From the IMG/VR virus record IMGVR_UViG_3300036045_000005, positions 9,636-73,635 of that record: DNA of 64,000 bases. One strand, written 5' to 3'. The DNA is from a virus. Below the pieces are notes generated by a model, which was given only the letters and a program-made list of their open reading frames with translations, was not told the DNA's origin and did not search any database. A program made the translations under genes and the position numbers. Below are positions 37,985 through 45,669 of the stretch, one piece after another (the stretch's first letter is position 1; each line of letters opens with the position of its first letter).

Positions 37985-38344
37985 ATGGCAGACAAACCAG
38001 TAGACCAGGTGGTTGGATTGCAGACGTTGACATTGCGCGGGCAGGTGATGGCGGTGGGGTCACGGCCGCCGGTGTTGGTTGACACGGCCGTTCGCGCCTA
38101 CAAAAAGCGCGTCTTCACCGATGAGCAGTGGGCGTACCTGAACACACGTAGTACGGTCGATTTGCAGCACCGTATCAGGCAGGGTTTCCTGCTAATCTGG
38201 CTGCTGCGACGGCCGGAGATGATGAATATGGTGAAGGGTGAGGCGGATCGGGTTAGCTCTAACCTGTGTTACCAGATTGAGGCGATCTGCCAGATTATCA
38301 AAAGTCGTGGAGGACAAGATGAACATCAACGATTTATCAGTTGA
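37985..38344 (+). CDS. Hypothetical protein
   Basis: AGGAG RBS; 119 aa. Confidence 0.6.
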   Translation: MADKPVDQVVGLQTLTLRGQVMAVGSRPPVLVDTAVRAYKKRVFTDEQWAYLNTRSTVDLQHRIRQGFLLIWLLRRPEMMNMVKGEADRVSSNLCYQIEAICQIIKSRGGQDEHQRFIS

Positions 38345-38513
38345 GGAGTTAGGGGCGTACCGCGATCAGCTTCAGGCAGAGATCGAGAACCTGCGAGCCA
38401 AGTACAGAGATGCGGGTTTGTTGATTGAGCAGAAGCGCAATGAGACAAAGACGGCCGAACTGAACGCGGAGATTGCCCGATTGAAGAAAGAAAAGGCGGC
38501 ATTGAAGAAGTAG
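38319..38513 (+). CDS. Small coiled-coil protein
   Basis: GGAGG RBS; heptad pattern DLSVEEL...LQAEI. Confidence 0.6.
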   Translation: MNINDLSVEELGAYRDQLQAEIENLRAKYRDAGLLIEQKRNETKTAELNAEIARLKKEKAALKK

Positions 38514-38567
38514 CCAGCCGCAAACTAGCACGGCTGTCTGATGGACGACGGCCGATGGAGGTGAATC

Positions 38568-39023
38568 ATGGCGCAAGGAGACGGCGCGATTTACAACAAC
38601 TTCAAAGAGCAGGTAATGGAGGGGGTGTTTAACCTGGCCTCTGGTGGGCACAGCTTGCAGCAAACCCTTCACACTGGCTATACACCCAACATTGATTCCC
38701 ACGCCTTGTGGGGTGATTCGGGCGTGTCGTCCACAGAGTATGGTTCTGGCTCAGGTTATACGGCCGGTGGGGTGACGCTCAGTAGCCAGGACGCGACCCA
38801 GGATAACACCAATGACCGGGGCGTGTTTGACGCGGCCGATGTGCTGTGGAGTTCGTTGGGGGCACTCTCGCCAGCCACACCCAGCCATACGCTGCTGTGG
38901 GATACCACGCCCAGCTCACCGGCCGACCCGCTCATTTGTTATTGGGAGTTGGGCAGTACGGCCACGAATGGCGGGAACTATACCCTACAGTTCGGCGCGA
39001 GCGGGATTATCTTGCTTACCTAA
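38568..39023 (+). CDS. Virion structural (fibre-anchor-like) protein
   Basis: GYTAGG.TL, FDAADV.W, GG.YT.QF...GI..L. Confidence 0.7.
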   Translation: MAQGDGAIYNNFKEQVMEGVFNLASGGHSLQQTLHTGYTPNIDSHALWGDSGVSSTEYGSGSGYTAGGVTLSSQDATQDNTNDRGVFDAADVLWSSLGALSPATPSHTLLWDTTPSSPADPLICYWELGSTATNGGNYTLQFGASGIILLT

Positions 39024-39035
39024 CAGGAGGCTTCC

Positions 39036-39779
39036 ATGAGCCTGGCAAATGCAGTTAAAGGGGCACGGCACAGCGGGCAGGAAATCACCTGGACAGATGA
39101 GAGCGGGCTGGCCGTTGACCTGACCGGGGCGACGCTCACCGGCTTTATCCAGAATCAGGCGACCGGCCGTATCCGGGTGATTGATGGCGATCTAGATTTG
39201 GTGACGGCCGACGAGGGCGTGTTTTCCTGGGACTATGGCGTAAATGATGTGCTGACGGCCGGAAAGTTCATCGTGCAGTTTGTGGCGACCTATGGAGATG
39301 GCTCAAAGGAAAAGACCGTCATTAACGAAGACCACGAGTGGACGGTTTCCGAAGCCTATGATGCCATTTCTAACGGCGATGTGATCACCATGTATATCGC
39401 CGACACCTGGAACTTTACCATCCACAATCTGGAAGATATTAGTTCCTACGAAGTGCTGACCCTGATTGTCCGCAGTCCATCACAATTGACCGACAACGAC
39501 ACCCTGCTTTACGTCCGTTCTGATGATGGCCTTATCCGCATTGGCGGCGCGGCTCCGGCTGCTGCTTCTGGCGGTTCGCTCACGATTGGCACGGGGCAGG
39601 TAACGGCTTTGATTTCTATGAGCGAGACGGCTGTGCTGACCCCATCACAGGCCAGTAGCACCAAATATCGCTGGTATGTGAAGGCATTTGATATTACACC
39701 CAACCCAGATCGAGCGTTGACGCTGGCTACCGGTCAGTTTGTCCTAAACGCGGGCGGTGTGCTGTCGGTTACGCCATAG
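39036..39779 (+). CDS. BppU-like baseplate/adaptor protein
   Basis: DE.G.AVDLTGAT, GVFSW.....DV..AG. Confidence 0.65.
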   Translation: MSLANAVKGARHSGQEITWTDESGLAVDLTGATLTGFIQNQATGRIRVIDGDLDLVTADEGVFSWDYGVNDVLTAGKFIVQFVATYGDGSKEKTVINEDHEWTVSEAYDAISNGDVITMYIADTWNFTIHNLEDISSYEVLTLIVRSPSQLTDNDTLLYVRSDDGLIRIGGAAPAAASGGSLTIGTGQVTALISMSETAVLTPSQASSTKYRWYVKAFDITPNPDRALTLATGQFVLNAGGVLSVTP

Positions 39780-39783
39780 CAAT

Positions 39784-40635
39784 ATGAAACGGGTTATTGG
39801 CCTTCTCTTGTTTTTGGTGTTATCTGGCGTGGATACGACCGATGGGGTGGGGGAGTATCACACCTTCCTGCCGCTTGTGGTTGGGCCAGAACCGAAGGCG
39901 GGCGTGGTTTGGCTGGACACCGAACCGGCCGATGTGAACATCCTGCATTTTGAGTGGTGGTATGACTACTCGTTGCGCGGCCGTGATGTGCCAGGCGTAG
40001 AGTTCGTACCGTTCTTCTGGTGTGACAAGTGGCCGCCTCATGCTTACGGCCGTAAAAGCCAGGACTATTTCGAGTTGGCCGAACGTCACCTGACACCTGA
40101 TTACAATAGCTACCTGCTCTTCCTAAATGAGCCAGACCTGACCGGCGACGACACAGGCGGCCAGTGCGATATGGAGCCACGCCGGGCGGCGTACCTGTAC
40201 AAGGCTATCCGCGAACAACTTCCACACGCCAAATTGGTAGGCCCGGCCGTTTCTCACCGCGATTATTGGAGTAACTGGCTCTGGCTGCGGACGTGGTACG
40301 GGCTGATTGACGAGATGGGGTTACGGCCGCCAGAAGTGGCCGCTATCCACACCTACATGAGCGAGAACCCGCAGTGGATTGTGGATTCTCTGTTCACGAT
40401 GCTGGCCGAGTTTCCCGGCTCGCCGGGCACAGTTTGGGTCACTGAGTTTGGGAACTGCGATCCGGCCGTTGTGCAATGGATGTTAGACACCTGGCAGGCG
40501 GACGGCCGTGTGTCCCGCTACGCTTACTTCACGGTGCGCGATTTTGAGCCGCACTGCGAGAACCTGTTTTATAACACGCCTGGCTACTCGCTCACGCCTG
40601 CTGGCCGTGTGTGGGTGAAGGAGCATCCTCGATGA
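39784..40635 (+). CDS. Secreted glycoside hydrolase (clan GH-A, GH128/Glyco_hydro_cc-like)
   Basis: Signal peptide, FLPLV motif, WWY.Y, FVP, FLNEPD (acid/base), H.Y, VWVTEFG (nucleophile), V.RYAYF. Confidence 0.8.
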   Translation: MKRVIGLLLFLVLSGVDTTDGVGEYHTFLPLVVGPEPKAGVVWLDTEPADVNILHFEWWYDYSLRGRDVPGVEFVPFFWCDKWPPHAYGRKSQDYFELAERHLTPDYNSYLLFLNEPDLTGDDTGGQCDMEPRRAAYLYKAIREQLPHAKLVGPAVSHRDYWSNWLWLRTWYGLIDEMGLRPPEVAAIHTYMSENPQWIVDSLFTMLAEFPGSPGTVWVTEFGNCDPAVVQWMLDTWQADGRVSRYAYFTVRDFEPHCENLFYNTPGYSLTPAGRVWVKEHPR

Positions 40636-41192
40636 GACGAACCCCCGGCTATATTGCCTTCCTGGTGCTTCTCCTATTAGTGGTCTGCCTGGCGCTGGTC
40701 TTGTGGATATTGCCGGCCGATCCTGGCGTGATAACGCCCACGCCCATCACGCCGCAACCGGAGACGGCCGCGCCGACGGATACAATGGAGAGCTACCCAA
40801 CGGCCACCAACCCTTCAGCCACGTCTACCTCCTCACCAACGGCCGTTGTTTTGCTGACGTTCACGGCGACACCCGCCCCGCCGACATTGACACCACCATC
40901 GTTCCCGACGGCCGTGCCTACAATGACAGCCACCTTGTCGCCGACCGCAACACAACTCCCGTTTCCCTCAGCCACACCTACGGCCACGCTGACGCGCCTG
41001 CCAGAGAGCTACGTGGTGCAGCGTGATGATTGGCTGATCAAGATAGCCATTCGGCTGTATGGCGGCCGGTGGGGTTGGGAGTGGCGGTGTTTGTATGAGC
41101 GGAACCGGGCGGTGATCGGGGATAACCCACACCTGATTTTTCGCGGCCAGGTCTTGCGGGGAATACGGCCGTGTGGAGGGCAAGGCGAATGA
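40632..41192 (+). CDS. Membrane-anchored LysM protein with Pro/Thr linker
   Basis: N-terminal TM, PT-rich stalk, YVVQ.DD.L.KIA.R.YG....W..LY..NR..IG.NP.LI..GQ.L. Confidence 0.85.
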   Translation: MRRTPGYIAFLVLLLLVVCLALVLWILPADPGVITPTPITPQPETAAPTDTMESYPTATNPSATSTSSPTAVVLLTFTATPAPPTLTPPSFPTAVPTMTATLSPTATQLPFPSATPTATLTRLPESYVVQRDDWLIKIAIRLYGGRWGWEWRCLYERNRAVIGDNPHLIFRGQVLRGIRPCGGQGE

Positions 41193-41392
41193 TGCAGCGA
41201 TTGATTGACCGGCTACTCGCGCCGCGCATCGCCCGCATCCAGGAAGCGGAGCGTGACCGCTTCCGCCGTCTGATTGGGCAGGTGATGGAGCGACATGAAT
41301 CACCGGCTGTGCTGCTGGCGGTGGGGCAGTTATTGGAATTACTCGACGAGGAATACAACCATGATGGTGACGATGGAGAGGACGGTTGTTGA
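41189..41392 (+). CDS. Hypothetical protein
   Basis: ATGA-coupled, 67 aa. Confidence 0.5.
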   Translation: MMQRLIDRLLAPRIARIQEAERDRFRRLIGQVMERHESPAVLLAVGQLLELLDEEYNHDGDDGEDGC

Positions 41393-42575
41393 AGCAACAA
41401 CTGTTGAAACGACAACGGTTGGCTGGCTGGCTGCCGCTACCAGGAGGGAGATCATCATTAACAGCTTGCTAGACCTTCAGGCAATTGTAGAACATGCCCT
41501 GGCCGGGATCACCATCGCCGACCGGGAAACCGGCGAGATCATCTACGCCAATCACGAAGCGGCCGAAATCCTCGGTCTGTCGCGTGATGATGTCAGGATG
41601 GCTGCTGGCACGTTGGTGGAACTTATCTATCTCAACGGCGATCCCTTTCCTATCTCTGAGACGGCCGTGATGAAGGCGCGACGATCCGGCCAGCGCGAAC
41701 GTGCCACATTCGGCGTGAAGTATCCTGACGGCTCTGTGCGTTGGGTTTCATCGAAGGCTGAGCCGCGCATACTGCCCGATGGCACGGCCGTGATTGTTGC
41801 CAATCTGATGGGGATTACGGACGAAATCAAAGGGCAGCAAGAGCAACTGGAAGCGCAGCGTGAACGGCTGGAGTTGGCCGAGTTGCAACAAAACGCCATT
41901 GATAATTTGAGCCACGAGATACGCACCCCGCTTAACCTGATTATGGGCTATGCGGATTTGCTGCTACACGGGACAGTACCGGATGACCGGATAGCCCACA
42001 CGTTGGGCATCATCCACCGCGAGGCTAAAGCGGTGGAGTGGATGGCCGAGACGCTCTTGTGGCTGGGCAAATTGGAATCTGGCAGCGAACTCGCATTTGA
42101 GCCATTAGACCTGACGGCCGTTGTCCGGTACCGGGCAGACGCGATCAGTCTGCTGGCTGAGCGTGAGCAAGTCGCGCTGATAATCGCTGGCGAACTGCCC
42201 GCTTGTCGCGTCTCCGGCCATGAAACCCTCCTTTCCCTGGCGATAGGCAACCTGGTTGGCAACGCCATCAAATTCACCAAGTACAGCGAAACTAGGCAGG
42301 TAACGGTCAGCCTGGAAGTGGGGGAGGGGGAGGCGACGGTCTCCGTCACCGATACCGGCATTGGTATCAAGCCTGAACATCTATCGCTCATCTTCGAGAA
42401 ATTCCGCCAGTTGGACGGTGGCAGCACCCGCAAATTCAGGGGGACGGGTATTGGGCTGCACTTTGTAAAACTCGTTGCGCAGGCCCATGGCGGCCGTGTG
42501 GAAGTGGAAAGTGAATTTGGCAAGGGGTCAACGTTCCGGTTGGTGTTGCCCCTGGAGGTCCCCCCTAGTGCATGA
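41361..42575 (+). CDS. Orphan cytoplasmic PAS-domain sensor histidine kinase
   Basis: PAS (GEIIYAN..A..ILG, DGS.RWV), H-box SHEIRTPL, N-box NLVGNAIKFT, G1 DTGIGI, F-box IFEKF.Q, G2 GTGIGL. Confidence 0.95.
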   Translation: MMVTMERTVVEATTVETTTVGWLAAATRREIIINSLLDLQAIVEHALAGITIADRETGEIIYANHEAAEILGLSRDDVRMAAGTLVELIYLNGDPFPISETAVMKARRSGQRERATFGVKYPDGSVRWVSSKAEPRILPDGTAVIVANLMGITDEIKGQQEQLEAQRERLELAELQQNAIDNLSHEIRTPLNLIMGYADLLLHGTVPDDRIAHTLGIIHREAKAVEWMAETLLWLGKLESGSELAFEPLDLTAVVRYRADAISLLAEREQVALIIAGELPACRVSGHETLLSLAIGNLVGNAIKFTKYSETRQVTVSLEVGEGEATVSVTDTGIGIKPEHLSLIFEKFRQLDGGSTRKFRGTGIGLHFVKLVAQAHGGRVEVESEFGKGSTFRLVLPLEVPPSA

Positions 42576-43196
42576 AGCAGCCCGGCAGTTAGCGCAACTG
42601 GAAGAAACATCTCGTGCCAACGGGGTGGAGATTGCGGCCGTGCATGAAGACCTGCGCGAACTCAAGGATGAATTTCGGGGACTGTTTAAGCAGCTTCGGG
42701 GCGATCTGGCCTACATGCAGAGCCTCCAATTGAAGGATGCCGAAGGGACAAAAAAAAATTGGCAAGGGTGGCCGCCTTTGTTGGAGACACTTTACTTCCC
42801 AGGCTCAACCAGATTGAGCGACAGCTAACGGAACTGGAGCGACTAAGGTTTGAATCTCTTGAACAGCGTTTGGTGGAATTGGAGAAGCGCATTGACAGGC
42901 AGGACACGCGATGGGAACGAGTAACGGCCGCGACCGGCACAGGCCGCCTGGATGCTCGTGCCGCCTTGCACCAGATGATGGTGAAGGCGTTCAGCCTGGC
43001 GGACATGGCAACCCTCTGTTTGGAGATGGACATTGAGTACGACGAGCTACCAGGCGACACCATTTCTCACAAGGTCACGTCGCTCATTGCTTACATCGGT
43101 CGGCGGAACCAACGCTCTGATGGTGAGTGGGATTTGTCAAATCTGGTGAAAAAATTGAAGGAGAAACGGCCGTCTTACAAGTGGCCGGATGTGTGA
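42568..43196 (+). CDS. Coiled-coil plus EAD7-like domain protein split by an A9 run
   Basis: ORF 42568-42828 and ORF 42759-43196 join by a -1 shift at A9 (42750-42758). C-terminal F...D+..LC.E+.I.YD.LPG.T...K...LI.Y..RR....L...L...RP...W pattern. Confidence 0.65.
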
Positions 43197-43660
43197 TGAA
43201 AGAGATTATTCAAATGATGGTCACGGCCGTGATGCTGGCAATTTCTCAGCCAGCAGACCCCACGCCGATTTTTACCCCGCCACCTGATAATTACACAGGC
43301 TCTTTGTCTCGCTACGATCCGCAGGTGATGGAGCGGGTGATTGAGTGGCGATATGAACATAATGTTCCAGCCGGATTTGACCCCTGGCCGACATACGCCA
43401 CCTATGTGGCGGTGGTGGATTGCCGCAACGTGGGCCGTTCCGGCTGGATGACCCTGACCATTGAGGGGGAGACACGGCCGCCGGAGCGAATCTATGTCAC
43501 CGATTGCGCGACACCTGGAACACCAGCTGCGGAGTGGATGGAGCGTGAGCAAATAGCGGCAGAGATAGATTACGGTTCCTGGGTGCGATTTGGCATTGAA
43601 GATGGAAAGGGAGCATGGGCTGAGATCGTGCTGGATGACGATACCATGCTCAGTAATTAG
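43196..43660 (+). CDS. Secreted RlpA-like double-psi beta-barrel protein (candidate lytic enzyme)
   Basis: Signal-like N-terminus; VAV.DC..VG, .V.DC, A.E.D motifs. Confidence 0.5.
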   Translation: MKEIIQMMVTAVMLAISQPADPTPIFTPPPDNYTGSLSRYDPQVMERVIEWRYEHNVPAGFDPWPTYATYVAVVDCRNVGRSGWMTLTIEGETRPPERIYVTDCATPGTPAAEWMEREQIAAEIDYGSWVRFGIEDGKGAWAEIVLDDDTMLSN

Positions 43661-43791
43661 TGCGGTTTCCGCGCAACCCACCTTTCTCCCTTCCCCCAGG
43701 GGTTGCGCGTTTACCGGCGGCGACGGCTTCCTCCTGGCCGTCGCCGCTCTCCATTTTACAGACGATGTAAATGGGGTAGGGGGATGAGTGT

Positions 43792-44007
43792 ATGGTCTAC
43801 GCAATTACCAAAAACAGGGTTGCTCATGTTTTGCGATTGCCCGCAGGTTTCGCCTGCGGCCGTCGCCCACATGCGTATGTAGTCACCGAGGAGATGCCTG
43901 CCGATTGTCGGCCGTGTGGTCAGTGTCGTGGTGTGATGGTGGGGGAGGGGAAACGGCCGAGGCAGCACGGCGGGCCAGGGCGGGGCGGTCTCCGGGTTAA
44001 GAAGTAA
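43792..44007 (+). CDS. Small Cys/His hypothetical protein
   Basis: H...CG...CRPCGQC; GGGGA RBS. Confidence 0.45.
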   Translation: MVYAITKNRVAHVLRLPAGFACGRRPHAYVVTEEMPADCRPCGQCRGVMVGEGKRPRQHGGPGRGGLRVKK

Positions 44008-44156
44008 TTGTATACTCGTAATAATTTGCATTAACAGGAGTATAAATAAAGGAGGGGGGGACGGGAAGCAAACCACTCCCCCAGGGGCGACGGTCGTTTA
44101 TCGCAGTTGGCAAACGGCCACTTCGGATGCCTCAGCGCAGGCTGTATAATTTACGC

Positions 44157-44306
44157 ATGGAACCAGGGACAACAACCCAGGCGGAGGCGATTGCGTTTCT
44201 CATTTGTTTTGTGGGGATAGCCTGGATTTATTGGTGCATAGCCGTGCTGTTGCTTCTGGAATGGCTTGGCCTTATCCCCCCTGCCCCGCCCCTTGAAGAA
44301 GAGTAA
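44157..44306 (+). CDS. 49-aa membrane peptide, probably leaderless (not in ORF track)
   Basis: TATAAT at 44145-44150 and ATG at 44157; long hydrophobic stretch AIAFLICFVGIAWIYWCIAVLLLLEWLGLI. Confidence 0.5.
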   Translation: MEPGTTTQAEAIAFLICFVGIAWIYWCIAVLLLLEWLGLIPPAPPLEEE

Positions 44307-44310
44307 TACG

Positions 44311-44371
44311 ATTGTAATACAATGGTGAAACAACTTTGGGATTGACGGCCGTTGTAACGTTGTGTTACAAT
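44311..44371 (+). promoter_or_regulatory. Promoter with TTGTA/TACAA operator palindromes
   Basis: TTGACG(44342)-18-TACAAT; palindromes ATTGTA-A-TACAAT (44311) and TTGTAAC-N5-GTTACAA (44352). Confidence 0.65.
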
Positions 44372-44378
44372 GCGGCGC

Positions 44379-44567
44379 ATGAGCGACACCAAAGAGGATA
44401 CAGTTCCCGTTAGAATAAGCACCGAGAAGCACAAAGAGCTACAGATTATCAGCCAGCAAACAGAATTATCACTACGCTCTCTGGTGGACAGAGCGGCTGA
44501 TTTGCTGATAGAGCATTGGGGGCAGACGGGGACTGTGCCGCCTAAGACAGAGCGTCGTTCTAAGTAG
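44379..44567 (+). CDS. Ribbon-helix-helix-like regulator (leaderless)
   Basis: VPVRIS...HKEL..IS......L..LVD.A..LL. Confidence 0.65.
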   Translation: MSDTKEDTVPVRISTEKHKELQIISQQTELSLRSLVDRAADLLIEHWGQTGTVPPKTERRSK

Positions 44568-44703
44568 ATAGCAAGTCGGCCGTGCGGGTGCTGTAACACC
44601 ACACACGGCCTGAACCGCCAGCCTGATTCACTTTGCAGCGGCCAGGTTGGTGGTCTATATCTATAGTACCTAACTTCGTACTATACGCAAAAGGTTTATT
44701 GCG

Positions 44704-44753
44704 AAGCCCGCTGTGTGGCGATCTGAGGATTGCCGACAGCGGGCTTTTTGTTT
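44704..44753 (+). terminator. Hairpin with T-tract directly before an RBS
   Basis: AAGCCCGCTG...CAGCGGGCTTTTTGTTT followed by AGGAG. Confidence 0.6.
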
Positions 44754-44764
44754 AGGAGAGCGGC

Positions 44765-44971
44765 ATGAAAAGGCAGACAAAGAAAGGCGGGCAATATCAC
44801 CTGACATCCGAAGAGGTGGAGGCGTTGACCAAAATACGCCGGCAGCACAAGCGTCGCAAGCCTCCGCAGCGGAAGGCTGCCGGGCGTGAGCGGCATCCTC
44901 TGAATAGAGATAATGTTATCGTCATCCTGCTCATCTTTATTTTTCTGTATCTCGTCCTTCAGGGGGTGTAG
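44765..44971 (+). CDS. Small basic protein with C-terminal TM
   Basis: AGGAG RBS; VIVILLIFIFLYLVL. Confidence 0.65.
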   Translation: MKRQTKKGGQYHLTSEEVEALTKIRRQHKRRKPPQRKAAGRERHPLNRDNVIVILLIFIFLYLVLQGV

Positions 44972-44972
44972 C

Positions 44973-45263
44973 ATGATAAATTGGATACCACTTCTCGCAA
45001 ACACCAACGCGCTCCAAAAGCAGGATGAATACTACACCCAACTCAGGCAGGCTCTCACCGCTCCGGCCCGCCGTTGCTTGCTGTGCGGCCGTGCCCAACC
45101 AGCCAGCACCAAAGACTGGTATGAGATTGACATTGATGCGGATGGGACGCAGTTTCTTGTCTGCCCCGACGAGGTGTCAGACAAGAGCAACGACCTGGAA
45201 GTAGCCAGAGTTTTCATCAATGTGGGGATGAAGATTCAGGAGATGCGAATGCGAAATGGATAA
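44973..45263 (+). CDS. Hypothetical zinc-binding protein
   Basis: CLLCG...VCP. Confidence 0.55.
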   Translation: MINWIPLLANTNALQKQDEYYTQLRQALTAPARRCLLCGRAQPASTKDWYEIDIDADGTQFLVCPDEVSDKSNDLEVARVFINVGMKIQEMRMRNG

Positions 45264-45669
45264 ACCAATCATCTTTCTTGCGGTGTTGGCACTTGCCCTA
45301 TGTGGTCTGGCGACGCTTGCCCTACGGCCGACGGTGGACAAGGTGGCGACGGCCGTCATCGAGGAGCAGACGCGCACCGATCCCATGGAGAGCCTGATCA
45401 CCTATTCCGCCGAAACGGAGCGCAAGACTAGCCCGATCATCTACATCTTCTGTGGCATGTTGCCGCTGGTAGTATTATTTACGGCCGTGTTCTTCATGGA
45501 ACACGCCACCGACTTTCTGCGGGAGCGTCGGCTGTCAAGGCGGAAAGGTCGGCGACACTCCCCCACCCTGCCACTCCCTCACCGGCCGGACGTATCACAT
45601 CTATACGAACCATCTCGTGTCCCCCTACCTGCCCCGCCACATGACAGTCAAGGAGATCGCCAATGGTAA
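45256..45669 (+). CDS. Two-TM membrane protein
   Basis: Two hydrophobic segments and a Pro-rich tail. Confidence 0.65.
   Translation: MDKPIIFLAVLALALCGLATLALRPTVDKVATAVIEEQTRTDPMESLITYSAETERKTSPIIYIFCGMLPLVVLFTAVFFMEHATDFLRERRLSRRKGRRHSPTLPLPHRPDVSHLYEPSRVPLPAPPHDSQGDRQW

Noticed and set aside
44704-44753. Fourth copy of the late leader element
   Set aside because: It shares CCGACAGCGG and a T-tract but lacks the GCCCCTCT box, and the motif lies on the 3' arm of the stem.
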